Below, piece by piece: positions 1 through 7,446 of a DNA stretch of 64,000 nucleotides. A program made the position numbers and the translations under genes. Where the stretch lies: positions 32,001-96,000 of IMG/VR virus record IMGVR_UViG_3300037400_002261, one strand, 5' to 3'. This DNA comes from a virus. Its lineage: Duplodnaviria > Caudoviricetes. Position 1 is the stretch's first letter. Each line of letters starts with the position of its first letter. Below the pieces are notes generated by a model. That model was not told the origin of the DNA, searched no databases, and was given only the letters and a program-made list of their open reading frames with translations.

Positions 1-1122
1 TATCTATGTGGTATTCGCAACCCCCACAATTCAGCAAATAATATTGGTTATTTTAAAAATGTTCACCATCCATTAATGGAAGAATATTTTGAATTTAGTA
101 ATAATATAATGGCTGTCAATTGTATCCATACTGATATACAGTCACGTATGAATGGCGAAGATTTTGATTCAGATTTTAATTTTGTTACAAATCAACCGCA
201 GATGGTTGAAGCTGCCAGAATAGCTTATAGAGATTATCCTACTGTTGTTAATGAAGTTGGCGAAAGCGGTTTATCATATAATAACACAATGTCTGAATAT
301 GCGAGAATGGACTCAAATATGCAGAGTGCGCAGAAAGCTATAGGTGGAGCAAGTGATACTGCTCAGTTGTCTCAAAGTTATTATTGGTCTAAGGTTGATA
401 AAAAAGAATTTGATGATGATTGTAAGCAATATTATGAGAATACTGTAATACTGGCTGTTGCAGCTCAGTTGGCAATAGATGGATGTAAGAGAGTTTATGA
501 GGTTGATGTTAACGATGATATTGCCAGAATAAGATCTCAGCCGTGTATGAAAAAAGCGAATGATTATCCGAATTTTATGAGGTGGACTCATGAGATTCCA
601 GTTACTAAAAATGGTAAAGAAAGACCTCAAGAGGATATTGCTAAAGATAAGGATAGAGTTAAAAGAAGAATAGATGAAAGTATTGTATGTCCTATGAACT
701 GGTTACAAAACTGTTTAGATAAAATACAAGGTTCTGAAAAAAAAGATATCGTAGATACTCAAAAATATTTTATCAATTTTCCAGGATGGGCTAATAATCG
801 GCAAATGTCCAAGATACGTCAGTTGATTGAAGATTATGATGGTTATACAAAAAGAATTATGTTATTAATGAAAGATGATAATGATAATGATGATTATATT
901 AATTTGTTAGGATTAAAAACGGAAGAAGTTCTATCTGAATTAAAAAAATATAAATTATCAAAATATACAATGAATAGATTAATAGGTAGTGTATTAGGAA
1001 TTGATTTAGGTGTTGGTAATCAATATAAATATCACCAATCTTCAAAGTATGTAAGAAAGACTTTAAATTTAATGTATCGAACTAACAGAGAATTATTCTT
1101 ACAAAATTTTATTAAAGCTTAA
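1..1122 (+). CDS. yonO: YonO-like single-subunit (two-barrel, RdRP-like) DNA-dependent RNA polymerase, C-terminal part (5'-truncated by window)
   Basis: Frame is open from base 1 (YLCGIRNPHN...). Contains RNPH and the catalytic-type RMNGEDFDSD (DxDxD) motif. Lies directly upstream of HU, as yonO-yonN in SPbeta. No in-frame TAG; ends TAA. Confidence 0.8.
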   Translation, partial: YLCGIRNPHNSANNIGYFKNVHHPLMEEYFEFSNNIMAVNCIHTDIQSRMNGEDFDSDFNFVTNQPQMVEAARIAYRDYPTVVNEVGESGLSYNNTMSEYARMDSNMQSAQKAIGGASDTAQLSQSYYWSKVDKKEFDDDCKQYYENTVILAVAAQLAIDGCKRVYEVDVNDDIARIRSQPCMKKANDYPNFMRWTHEIPVTKNGKERPQEDIAKDKDRVKRRIDESIVCPMNWLQNCLDKIQGSEKKDIVDTQKYFINFPGWANNRQMSKIRQLIEDYDGYTKRIMLLMKDDNDNDDYINLLGLKTEEVLSELKKYKLSKYTMNRLIGSVLGIDLGVGNQYKYHQSSKYVRKTLNLMYRTNRELFLQNFIKA

Positions 1123-1381
1123 AATACTTAAGGGTATATGATTTGAATTTATTATTTTTCAATAAATGCTTGCATTTTCGTATTTTTATTAAATTCTTTT
1201 ATATGAGGGAAAAGCGATATTTTCTTATCTACCGCTATTGCCGAGTGCGGTATAAATAAATATGGGTTCATGAATAAAAGCTAATAATACCTTTGGATGT
1301 GGGTTTAGGTTAAACATCTATTGCGCAATTTCTATATAAAAAATTATTAAACTATTACTTGATTAAAAGGAGAAAAAGGAT

Positions 1382-1654
1382 ATGAAGAAAATTGATTTTA
1401 TTAAGTTATTTGCAGAAAAGGCTAATATTACCCAGAAGGATGCAAGAGAAATTAGTGCAGCTTATTGGGATGCTATTTTTGAAGCTATGAAGGACGAAGA
1501 TGGAGTGTCTCCTGTTCAGGGTGTTAAGTTTGTAACAGTACACAAGGATTCACGTACTGCAAGAAATCCGCTTACTGGAGAATCAATCGTAGTTCCTGAG
1601 AAGGATGTGCCGAAGGTTAAGTTCGGTGCTAGTGTAAAAGATATGTTTAAGTAA
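1382..1654 (+). CDS. hup: HU family DNA-binding protein (YonN-like)
   Basis: MKKIDFIKLFAEKANIT...RTARNPLTGESIVVPEKDVPKVKFG is the HU/IHF signature; AGGAG RBS. Confidence 0.95.
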   Translation: MKKIDFIKLFAEKANITQKDAREISAAYWDAIFEAMKDEDGVSPVQGVKFVTVHKDSRTARNPLTGESIVVPEKDVPKVKFGASVKDMFK

Positions 1655-1756
1655 TTAGGTTGTTTAAGTAATTTGAATATTACTGACTACTCCAACCTCT
1701 CCCCAAACTGGGGTAGTCAGATAATATATTATTCCCAGTATAACTGCTGGGATTAA

Positions 1757-1829
1757 TGAGTATGTGGTGTAATCAGGTAGCACAGGTCATTTGGGATGAT
1801 CAGGAGGCGTTCAAATCGCACATATTCAA
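1757..1829 (+). tRNA. tRNA-Pro(UGG), atypical or possibly degenerate
   Basis: Acceptor TGAGTATG/CATATTCA, D arm GTGT/GCAC, anticodon stem GGTCA/TGATC with loop TT-TGG-GA, T loop TTCAAAT. T stem has only 3 good pairs; no CCA encoded. Confidence 0.65.
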
Positions 1830-1872
1830 CTATCAGTGATGATGCTGATTACAAAACTAAAATACAATTTTT

Positions 1873-1899
1873 AGGAGAGTCTCCCCACTCTCCTTTTTT
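1873..1899 (+). terminator. intrinsic terminator
   Basis: AGGAGAGT-CTCCCC-ACTCTCCT hairpin followed by a T run. Confidence 0.75.
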
Positions 1900-1921
1900 A
1901 TTGTAAATAAATAATAAGGAT

Positions 1922-2119
1922 GTGAAAAAGTTGATTGATATTACAAAAGACGAAATGGAATATCTTGTAAGTAAAGGAAGACTTAATGATATCCATCTTG
2001 CTTCTGCTACCCACAAGTCAGGATATAAAACAAGGTTTGTAACTGAATCTCCAAAAACATTGAAACTTTTGGAAGAGTATAGAAAAAATCAAATTGTCAT
2101 GACTTATGATGGGCGGTGA
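1922..2119 (+). CDS. hypothetical protein
   Basis: 65-aa ORF, GTG start after AAGGA, overlapping the next gene's start region. Confidence 0.7.
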   Translation: MKKLIDITKDEMEYLVSKGRLNDIHLASATHKSGYKTRFVTESPKTLKLLEEYRKNQIVMTYDGR

Positions 2120-2124
2120 ATTGC

Positions 2125-3339
2125 ATGAAGTATTTTCTTGATACAAATGTTTTATTAGAAGATATAAGTTATTATTCTTCTCTTCAATTTTTATTATCTT
2201 CTGAAACATTGATTGAACTTGAGAGAATCAAAACTAATAGAAATAGAACTGAAGATATTCGGGCTGCGGCTCGTAATGCTATAAAATGGCTTGCCGACAA
2301 TCCTAACGGATACGAGGTTATTCAATATTGTGATGCTATATATCACGAACTATGTAAACTTGAAATTGGTTATTCAGATGATGTAACTGATATTAGGATA
2401 TGCGGTTGTGTATGGTTGGCAACAAAATTATATCCAGATGAAGAAATAATATTTGTAACTCACGATCTTAGCTGTAGAAATATAGCTGAGAAAATTTTTA
2501 AATTAAACGTTGAATGGTTTGATAGTAAGGAACAAATATATAAGGGTTATAAAGAAATATCTGGTAATACTGAGTATATTAATGAATATATGGCTAATAT
2601 AGATTTATCAACTTGGTATACTAATGAATATTGTTTAATTAATAATACTGATGATAATACTCATAAAGAAATGAGATTTGATGGTACAATGTTCGTTCCG
2701 CTAAAATTACCACCTTCTAAATATATAAAAGGTAAGAACTCATTACAACGTTGTGCTCTGGATATGTTAAATAATCCATCTATAACCATATGTGCTATTT
2801 TGGGTGGATATGGTTCTGGAAAGACTATGTTAAGTACAAAGTGTGCTTTAATGTCTGTTCAGGAAAAAGGGTGGCAATCAAAAATAATAACCCTTAGAGA
2901 AATAGTTTCTGAGGGAAAAGAAATTGGTTATCTTCCAGGAGAGAAAGACACAAAGATTCTAGATTTCATGTTACCTTTTGCTGATCAGCTTGATGGCGGG
3001 GAATTCGAATTAGAATCTTTAAAACAGCGTGGAGTTATTGAAGCAAATACTCCTTATTTTATTAAAGGTAGAACTTTTAACGAAAGTATCCTGCTTGTCG
3101 ATGAAGCGGAAGATTTAACTGAAAAACAAATTAGATTAATTGGTACGAGGGTCGGACAGAACTCTCGTGTTTTTTATACTGGTGATTATTCGCAAAGTGT
3201 TATTAACCCAACAAAAAATAATGCTTTAACAAAAATGTGTAATGAATTAAAAGGGAATGAAATGTTTGCTTGTATTTATTTGGAAGATGATGTTCGCAGT
3301 GAAACAAGTAAACTTTTTGCAAATTTATTTAAAAAATAA
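2125..3339 (+). CDS. phoH: PIN-domain + PhoH-family ATPase (PhoH2-like)
   Basis: N-terminal YFLDTNVLL PIN motif; Walker A GGYGSGKT; GYLPG, FIKGRTF, LVDEAEDL and TGDYSQ PhoH motifs. Confidence 0.92.
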   Translation: MKYFLDTNVLLEDISYYSSLQFLLSSETLIELERIKTNRNRTEDIRAAARNAIKWLADNPNGYEVIQYCDAIYHELCKLEIGYSDDVTDIRICGCVWLATKLYPDEEIIFVTHDLSCRNIAEKIFKLNVEWFDSKEQIYKGYKEISGNTEYINEYMANIDLSTWYTNEYCLINNTDDNTHKEMRFDGTMFVPLKLPPSKYIKGKNSLQRCALDMLNNPSITICAILGGYGSGKTMLSTKCALMSVQEKGWQSKIITLREIVSEGKEIGYLPGEKDTKILDFMLPFADQLDGGEFELESLKQRGVIEANTPYFIKGRTFNESILLVDEAEDLTEKQIRLIGTRVGQNSRVFYTGDYSQSVINPTKNNALTKMCNELKGNEMFACIYLEDDVRSETSKLFANLFKK

Positions 3340-3362
3340 AAATATAAGGAGAATAAAAGAAT

Positions 3363-3689
3363 ATGGTTATTAGAAGTATTGAAGATAATGCAATTGAAAA
3401 AAACAATGATATTAATGGTAAGGTAGTAAGAAATCCGAGACTTGCTCGTCAGATACTTGCAAAAGGTGGAAAAGATGTATGGCTTTTTGATATTAAGCCA
3501 GATAGAGATAATCCGCAAAAGTCAGTATATATCTTTGAAAATACCGACAAGTTTCAGGAAGTACTTTCTTCTGTTTTAGATGAAAACAGACAGTCTCGCA
3601 AATCTAACGAAGATGACCTTATTCGTAAGATGGAAGAAATGCAGAAGAAACTTGATGAACTTACAAAACTTAACGAAGCAAAGGAGTGA
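3363..3689 (+). CDS. hypothetical protein
   Basis: 108-aa ORF with AGGAG RBS and a C-terminal coiled coil. Confidence 0.8.
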   Translation: MVIRSIEDNAIEKNNDINGKVVRNPRLARQILAKGGKDVWLFDIKPDRDNPQKSVYIFENTDKFQEVLSSVLDENRQSRKSNEDDLIRKMEEMQKKLDELTKLNEAKE

Positions 3690-3695
3690 TTGCGG

Positions 3696-4307
3696 ATGGA
3701 AGAATTTTTAATCTCTAGCAATGGAGATCAGATGTCTATTTATGAAGAAACATATCGTTCTTTTTTAAGTGATAGATGTATTATTTTTTGCGGAGAAATT
3801 GGTGATGGTGTAATTGATGATGCCATTATGTATATCTTAAAATGGAATAAAGAAGATAAAGATCTTCCTATTGAAAAGAGAAAGAAAATCCGCTTATATA
3901 TTAGTTCTGTTGGTGGTTCAACATTTTCTGCTAATATGTTAATAGATGTTATTGCACAAAGTAAGACTCCAGTAATTGGTGTAGCACTTGATCTTGTAGC
4001 ATCAGCAGCTTATCTTTGCTATCTTGCTTGTCATGAGCGTTATGCATTTGAGAATAGTTCATTCCTTCAACACGAGGGAGATCTTTCAATTGGAAATTCT
4101 AGATCGAAATTTAAACAAACAGCTGAGTTCTTTGATATGATGGAAAACCGTTCTAAAGAATTTATTTTGAGTAGAACTAAAATGACAAGTGAATTTTACG
4201 ATTCTGTTTATGAACAGGAATATTGGCTTTATGCTGATAAAGCGCAAGAACTCGGTATTGTTGATAAGATCGTGGGAAAAGATTGTAGTATTGATGAAGT
4301 ATTATAA
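3696..4307 (+). CDS. clpP: ClpP-family serine protease
   Basis: DRCIIF, IRLYISSVGGS, VASAAY (catalytic Ser), FLQHE (His), EYWLYADKAQELGIVDKI. Confidence 0.92.
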   Translation: MEEFLISSNGDQMSIYEETYRSFLSDRCIIFCGEIGDGVIDDAIMYILKWNKEDKDLPIEKRKKIRLYISSVGGSTFSANMLIDVIAQSKTPVIGVALDLVASAAYLCYLACHERYAFENSSFLQHEGDLSIGNSRSKFKQTAEFFDMMENRSKEFILSRTKMTSEFYDSVYEQEYWLYADKAQELGIVDKIVGKDCSIDEVL

Positions 4308-4309
4308 TG

Positions 4310-4339
4310 ATGGAGAGTAATTACTACTCTCCATTTTTT
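4310..4339 (+). terminator. intrinsic terminator
   Basis: ATGGAGAGTA-ATTAC-TACTCTCCAT hairpin plus T run right after the clpP stop. Confidence 0.8.
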
Positions 4340-4356
4340 ATATTGGAGTATAAATA

Positions 4357-4557
4357 ATGACAGATTTTATTTTAGGTAAGATTGATTGTGTAGAAGTATT
4401 AAATGCTATGAAGCAAAATACTTTTAGACCTAGCTTTCAACATTGTTATAACGTAAAACACAGACCAACATATACATTTGTCAATTGTTGTGATGAAAAT
4501 GGGAATATTATAATAAAAAGATTTGATGTAATAAAAGGCGTGTTTGTTGATAACTAA
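4357..4557 (+). CDS. hypothetical protein
   Basis: 66-aa ORF with GGAG RBS. Confidence 0.65.
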   Translation: MTDFILGKIDCVEVLNAMKQNTFRPSFQHCYNVKHRPTYTFVNCCDENGNIIIKRFDVIKGVFVDN

Positions 4558-4585
4558 ATAAATCTTATGGAGGTAAAAGGATTAA

Positions 4586-4903
4586 ATGGAGATAGATAAA
4601 TTAATTGAATTATTAACTGCTAGTCCAGAGATTGCTAATGCAACTATCACTGGGATTTTTAATCAGTATAAACCAATATTATATTTAGTTCTTAATGAAA
4701 TATTTAAGATGTATAGTGATTTGGCATATAATGATGAATACTTTAAAACATCTGCTCATTATACACGTAATAGATTTAATGCGCTTGTTAATGAGGGATT
4801 TACCGAAGATCAGGCAATGGAAATTATGTTGGCTGAAATGAGACAAGTTCGTGAAAGTGCTCAAAGGGTAACTTCTAGAACTTCAACAAGAAATAATAAA
4901 TGA
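4586..4903 (+). CDS. hypothetical protein
   Basis: 105-aa ORF with RBS; GFTEDQAMEI helical motif. Confidence 0.8.
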   Translation: MEIDKLIELLTASPEIANATITGIFNQYKPILYLVLNEIFKMYSDLAYNDEYFKTSAHYTRNRFNALVNEGFTEDQAMEIMLAEMRQVRESAQRVTSRTSTRNNK

Positions 4904-4923
4904 TGAAAAGGAGATAAAAGGAT

Positions 4924-5142
4924 ATGCAGAATTATAAGTATAATAAAGTAACAACTGAAAAATTTAATATTAAAGGCGAACTTTCTGATGATTGCAAAAC
5001 AATCAGATATATTGATGGTGACAAGGAAGAACAGGAAATTTCAGTGGCAAAATGTTTTGAGAAATTTGCTGGTCAGGAAATTGCACTTTCTCTTATGCTT
5101 AAGACAGATGAGGATCTTTCGGACGAATTTGAGGAGGAATAA
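4924..5142 (+). CDS. YonK-like small protein
   Basis: FNIKGEL...FEKFAGQEIALSL resembles SPbeta YonK; same position, before a YonJ-like gene. Confidence 0.6.
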   Translation: MQNYKYNKVTTEKFNIKGELSDDCKTIRYIDGDKEEQEISVAKCFEKFAGQEIALSLMLKTDEDLSDEFEEE

Positions 5143-5145
5143 TCC

Positions 5146-6348
5146 ATGACTCCTGATGAATTAAATAAAAAGCCAGACGAAAGTGAGTTGGCTTATATAT
5201 TACGGATTGGCAGTGCAAAAGCTGCTGGTCTGTTAGATATGACTTGGGCTGAGTTGGCAAATATATTTAATAAAAATTTGAGAGAACCTGGGCAAGAATA
5301 TAACGAGAGTACTTATAGAAAGAAGTTCGCTTCTATTCGTCAGTTTGGCGATGAATTTGGTAATAGTGATGATTACGAAGAATTAAGAAAGCTTAAAGAT
5401 GAAATCTATAAGGAAAAGCGTAAACTATTTGACCAGCGTAGAGAATATAATAAGCTTCTTACATCTGATGCGAGAGCTGAACATCTTACAGAATATATGA
5501 TTGAAGCTGCTAATAATCTTAATAAACAATATCCGTTATTGGATATTTCTGATAAGATAAATGATGGGAAAAAGGAAGCTTTAATATGTTTATCTGATTG
5601 GCATTATGGTATGGAAACTGATAATATTTGGAATAAGTATAATACATGTGTATGCCGTAATCGCATAACAATATTTATTAAATATGCCAAGAAATATCTT
5701 ACTGAACATAATATTAACACTGCGAGAATTATTCTTCTCGGTGATGCAGCCAATGGTGCTATTCATACAACTTGTCGTATAAAGTCAGAGGAGGACACTT
5801 GTGACCAAATTATGCAAGTATCTGAAATATTGGCACAAGTAATTAATGAAATTTCGTCTGTTGTTAACAATGTGATTGTTTATTCTTGTTATGGGAATCA
5901 TCTTAGAAGTGTTCAAAAAAAGGAAGATTCTATTCATTCTGATAACATGGAAAAAATTATTCCGTGGTGGCTTGAGCAACGTCTCAAAGATAATAAAAAA
6001 GTAAAAGTTGAGTATTCTAATTATAAAGAATTTACTTATATGAATATACTTGGAAAGAACATAGTTTGTATTCATGGTGATGAGTTTAATTTTAAAGATA
6101 TTGGACCAACTGTAAACACATTGTTTACTAAACTATTCGGGTGTTCTATTGATTATACAGTTTCTGGAGATAAACATCATCTTGAAGAATATGGTCAGTA
6201 TGGTATAGAGAGTATCCTTGTAAGATCTCTTTGCGGAACTGATGATTATGCTAACGGGAAACATTTATATGATAAGCCTGGGCAAACTATTATTATATTT
6301 AATGATGATTATGGTAGAGAATGTACCTACCATATTCCGTTGGATTAA
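5146..6348 (+). CDS. calcineurin-like metallophosphoesterase (YonJ-like)
   Basis: SDWHYG, LLGD, GNH, HGD and GDKHH motifs with an N-terminal coiled coil; SPbeta synteny. Confidence 0.85.
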   Translation: MTPDELNKKPDESELAYILRIGSAKAAGLLDMTWAELANIFNKNLREPGQEYNESTYRKKFASIRQFGDEFGNSDDYEELRKLKDEIYKEKRKLFDQRREYNKLLTSDARAEHLTEYMIEAANNLNKQYPLLDISDKINDGKKEALICLSDWHYGMETDNIWNKYNTCVCRNRITIFIKYAKKYLTEHNINTARIILLGDAANGAIHTTCRIKSEEDTCDQIMQVSEILAQVINEISSVVNNVIVYSCYGNHLRSVQKKEDSIHSDNMEKIIPWWLEQRLKDNKKVKVEYSNYKEFTYMNILGKNIVCIHGDEFNFKDIGPTVNTLFTKLFGCSIDYTVSGDKHHLEEYGQYGIESILVRSLCGTDDYANGKHLYDKPGQTIIIFNDDYGRECTYHIPLD

Positions 6349-6360
6349 AAGGTGTGAAAT

Positions 6361-6462
6361 ATGAAAGATATAGATTTATATTGTTGTTATTCAATAAAAC
6401 TTAGAAATTATTTAACAAATAATGATTTTAGTAAATATGAATTACCAAATATTAAATTTTAA
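6361..6462 (+). CDS. small hypothetical protein (33 aa), possibly a remnant
   Basis: AGGTG RBS; MKDIDLYCCYSIKLRNYLTNNDFSKYELPNIKF-TAA. Confidence 0.4.
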   Translation: MKDIDLYCCYSIKLRNYLTNNDFSKYELPNIKF

Positions 6463-6475
6463 GGAGAAGATAAAT

Positions 6476-7021
6476 ATGGAAAAGATTAATGTGTTAAGCA
6501 TTGAACATTTAGAAGATATCATGATTGAAAATTTAGAGGAAAATAAATCAGTGTCTTTGGTTTCAGATTTTGAAACTGTTTGGGAAATTGCTATGGATTT
6601 TCATAGGTATGAGGATGTTGAATTTGAGTATGTTGATATCAATACCGACTATGACAAGGAGTATTATCTTACTCTCATGATGGATGATGATAACAATGCT
6701 ACTATGGCAATTGAAAAAGCATTTTGTGAAGAAATTGATAATTATCTTGCCACAGATGGTATTGTATTTATTGAAGATACTGTTGATTATAAATATCTTA
6801 CTGATGTGAAAAATAATAAGCATTTAAAAGATGGCGATTTTACACCTATTATCTTTACATTTGATACAGATGATGAAAAAGATAATAAATGTGATGATTG
6901 TTTGTTTGGAAAAGAAGTTACTGATAGTCAGGTACGATTTTTTGTTCCAGCTTGTATGGATGAATTAGTTAAGGCTATTGATAACTTAATGGATAAATAT
7001 ATTGTGGATAATTATAGATAA
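6476..7021 (+). CDS. acidic hypothetical protein
   Basis: AAGGAG RBS before ATG 6476; last TAG-free gene before the suppressor tRNA. Confidence 0.8.
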   Translation: MEKINVLSIEHLEDIMIENLEENKSVSLVSDFETVWEIAMDFHRYEDVEFEYVDINTDYDKEYYLTLMMDDDNNATMAIEKAFCEEIDNYLATDGIVFIEDTVDYKYLTDVKNNKHLKDGDFTPIIFTFDTDDEKDNKCDDCLFGKEVTDSQVRFFVPACMDELVKAIDNLMDKYIVDNYR

Positions 7022-7066
7022 CTTCCCGTCTCCACTCTCCCACAGGTTATCTATATTATATTTATT

Positions 7067-7096
7067 GCCGCTGACATTTTGTTGGCGGCTTGTTTT
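7067..7096 (+). terminator. terminator-like hairpin immediately 5' of the suppressor tRNA
   Basis: GCCGCTGACA-TTT-TGTTGGCGGC followed by TTGTTTT, ending 2 nt before the tRNA. Confidence 0.6.
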
Positions 7097-7098
7097 AT

Positions 7099-7171
7099 AG
7101 GGGTGTGGTGTAATGGTTCAGCACAGGTGGCTCTAACCCACTTGATCTGGGTTCGAATCCTAGCACCCCCG
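7099..7171 (+). tRNA. amber suppressor tRNA, anticodon CUA, Gln-type
   Basis: Cloverleaf: acceptor AGGGGTG/CACCCCC (A1:C72 mismatch, G2:C71, G3:C70, G73), D arm GTGT/GCAC, anticodon stem GGTGG/CCACT with loop CT-CTA-AC (CTA at 7133-7135), T arm CTGGG-TTCGAAT-CCTAG. Confidence 0.95.
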
Positions 7172-7179
7172 TTATTTAT

Positions 7180-7252
7180 GCTGATGTAGCGCAATAGGCA
7201 GCGCAACTGATTTGTAATCAGTGGGTTGGAAGTTCAATTCTTCTCATCAGCT
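7180..7252 (+). tRNA. tRNA-Thr(UGU)
   Basis: GCTGATG/CATCAGC acceptor; ACTGA-TT-TGT-AA-TCAGT anticodon arm; TTCAATT T loop. Confidence 0.92.
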
Positions 7253-7256
7253 TTAT

Positions 7257-7331
7257 GGGAATATAGCTCAGTTTGGTGGTAGCGAGTGACTGTTAATCAC
7301 TAGGTCGTTGGTTCAAGTCCATCTATTCCCG
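7257..7331 (+). tRNA. tRNA-Asn(GUU)
   Basis: GGGAATA/TATTCCC acceptor, G73; AGTGA-CT-GTT-AA-TCACT anticodon arm; TTCAAGT T loop. Confidence 0.9.
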
Positions 7332-7336
7332 TCATC

Positions 7337-7446
7337 GGAACGGAAACATTTCGGAGTAGCTACCGAGATGTGAGTGCATTACACCTGCAGCACTCTTCCG
7401 TTCTTTTTTATTATGTAATTTGCAGGTGAGAAAGACAGGTGAGAAA
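7337..7446 (+). ncRNA. candidate structured leader RNA (three-way junction + T run + RBS-pairing loop) of the GIY-YIG gene
   Basis: P1 GGAACGGAA/TTCCGTTCT, P2 ACATTTCGG/CCGAGATGT, P3 GAGTGC/GCACTC. P3 loop CACCTGCA is complementary to TGCAGGTG (7421-7428) and to the duplicated CAGGTG RBS. Confidence 0.55.

Noticed and set aside
1-1122. RNA-virus or eukaryotic RNA-dependent RNA polymerase
   Set aside because: The context is a dsDNA tailed phage with SPbeta gene order, which fits a YonO-type DNA-dependent enzyme.
7099-7171. Pyrrolysine tRNA (TAG=Pyl)
   Set aside because: The cloverleaf is canonical with a TTC T loop and normal D loop, unlike tRNA-Pyl. No pyl genes are seen, and TAG aligns with Gln codons.
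7172-7410. HDV-like theta ribozyme 3' of the tRNAs, as reported for some recoded phages
   Set aside because: The suppressor is followed after 8 nt by tRNA-Thr. The structure after tRNA-Asn is a three-way junction, and I could not fit the HDV nested double pseudoknot by eye. A motif search would be definitive.
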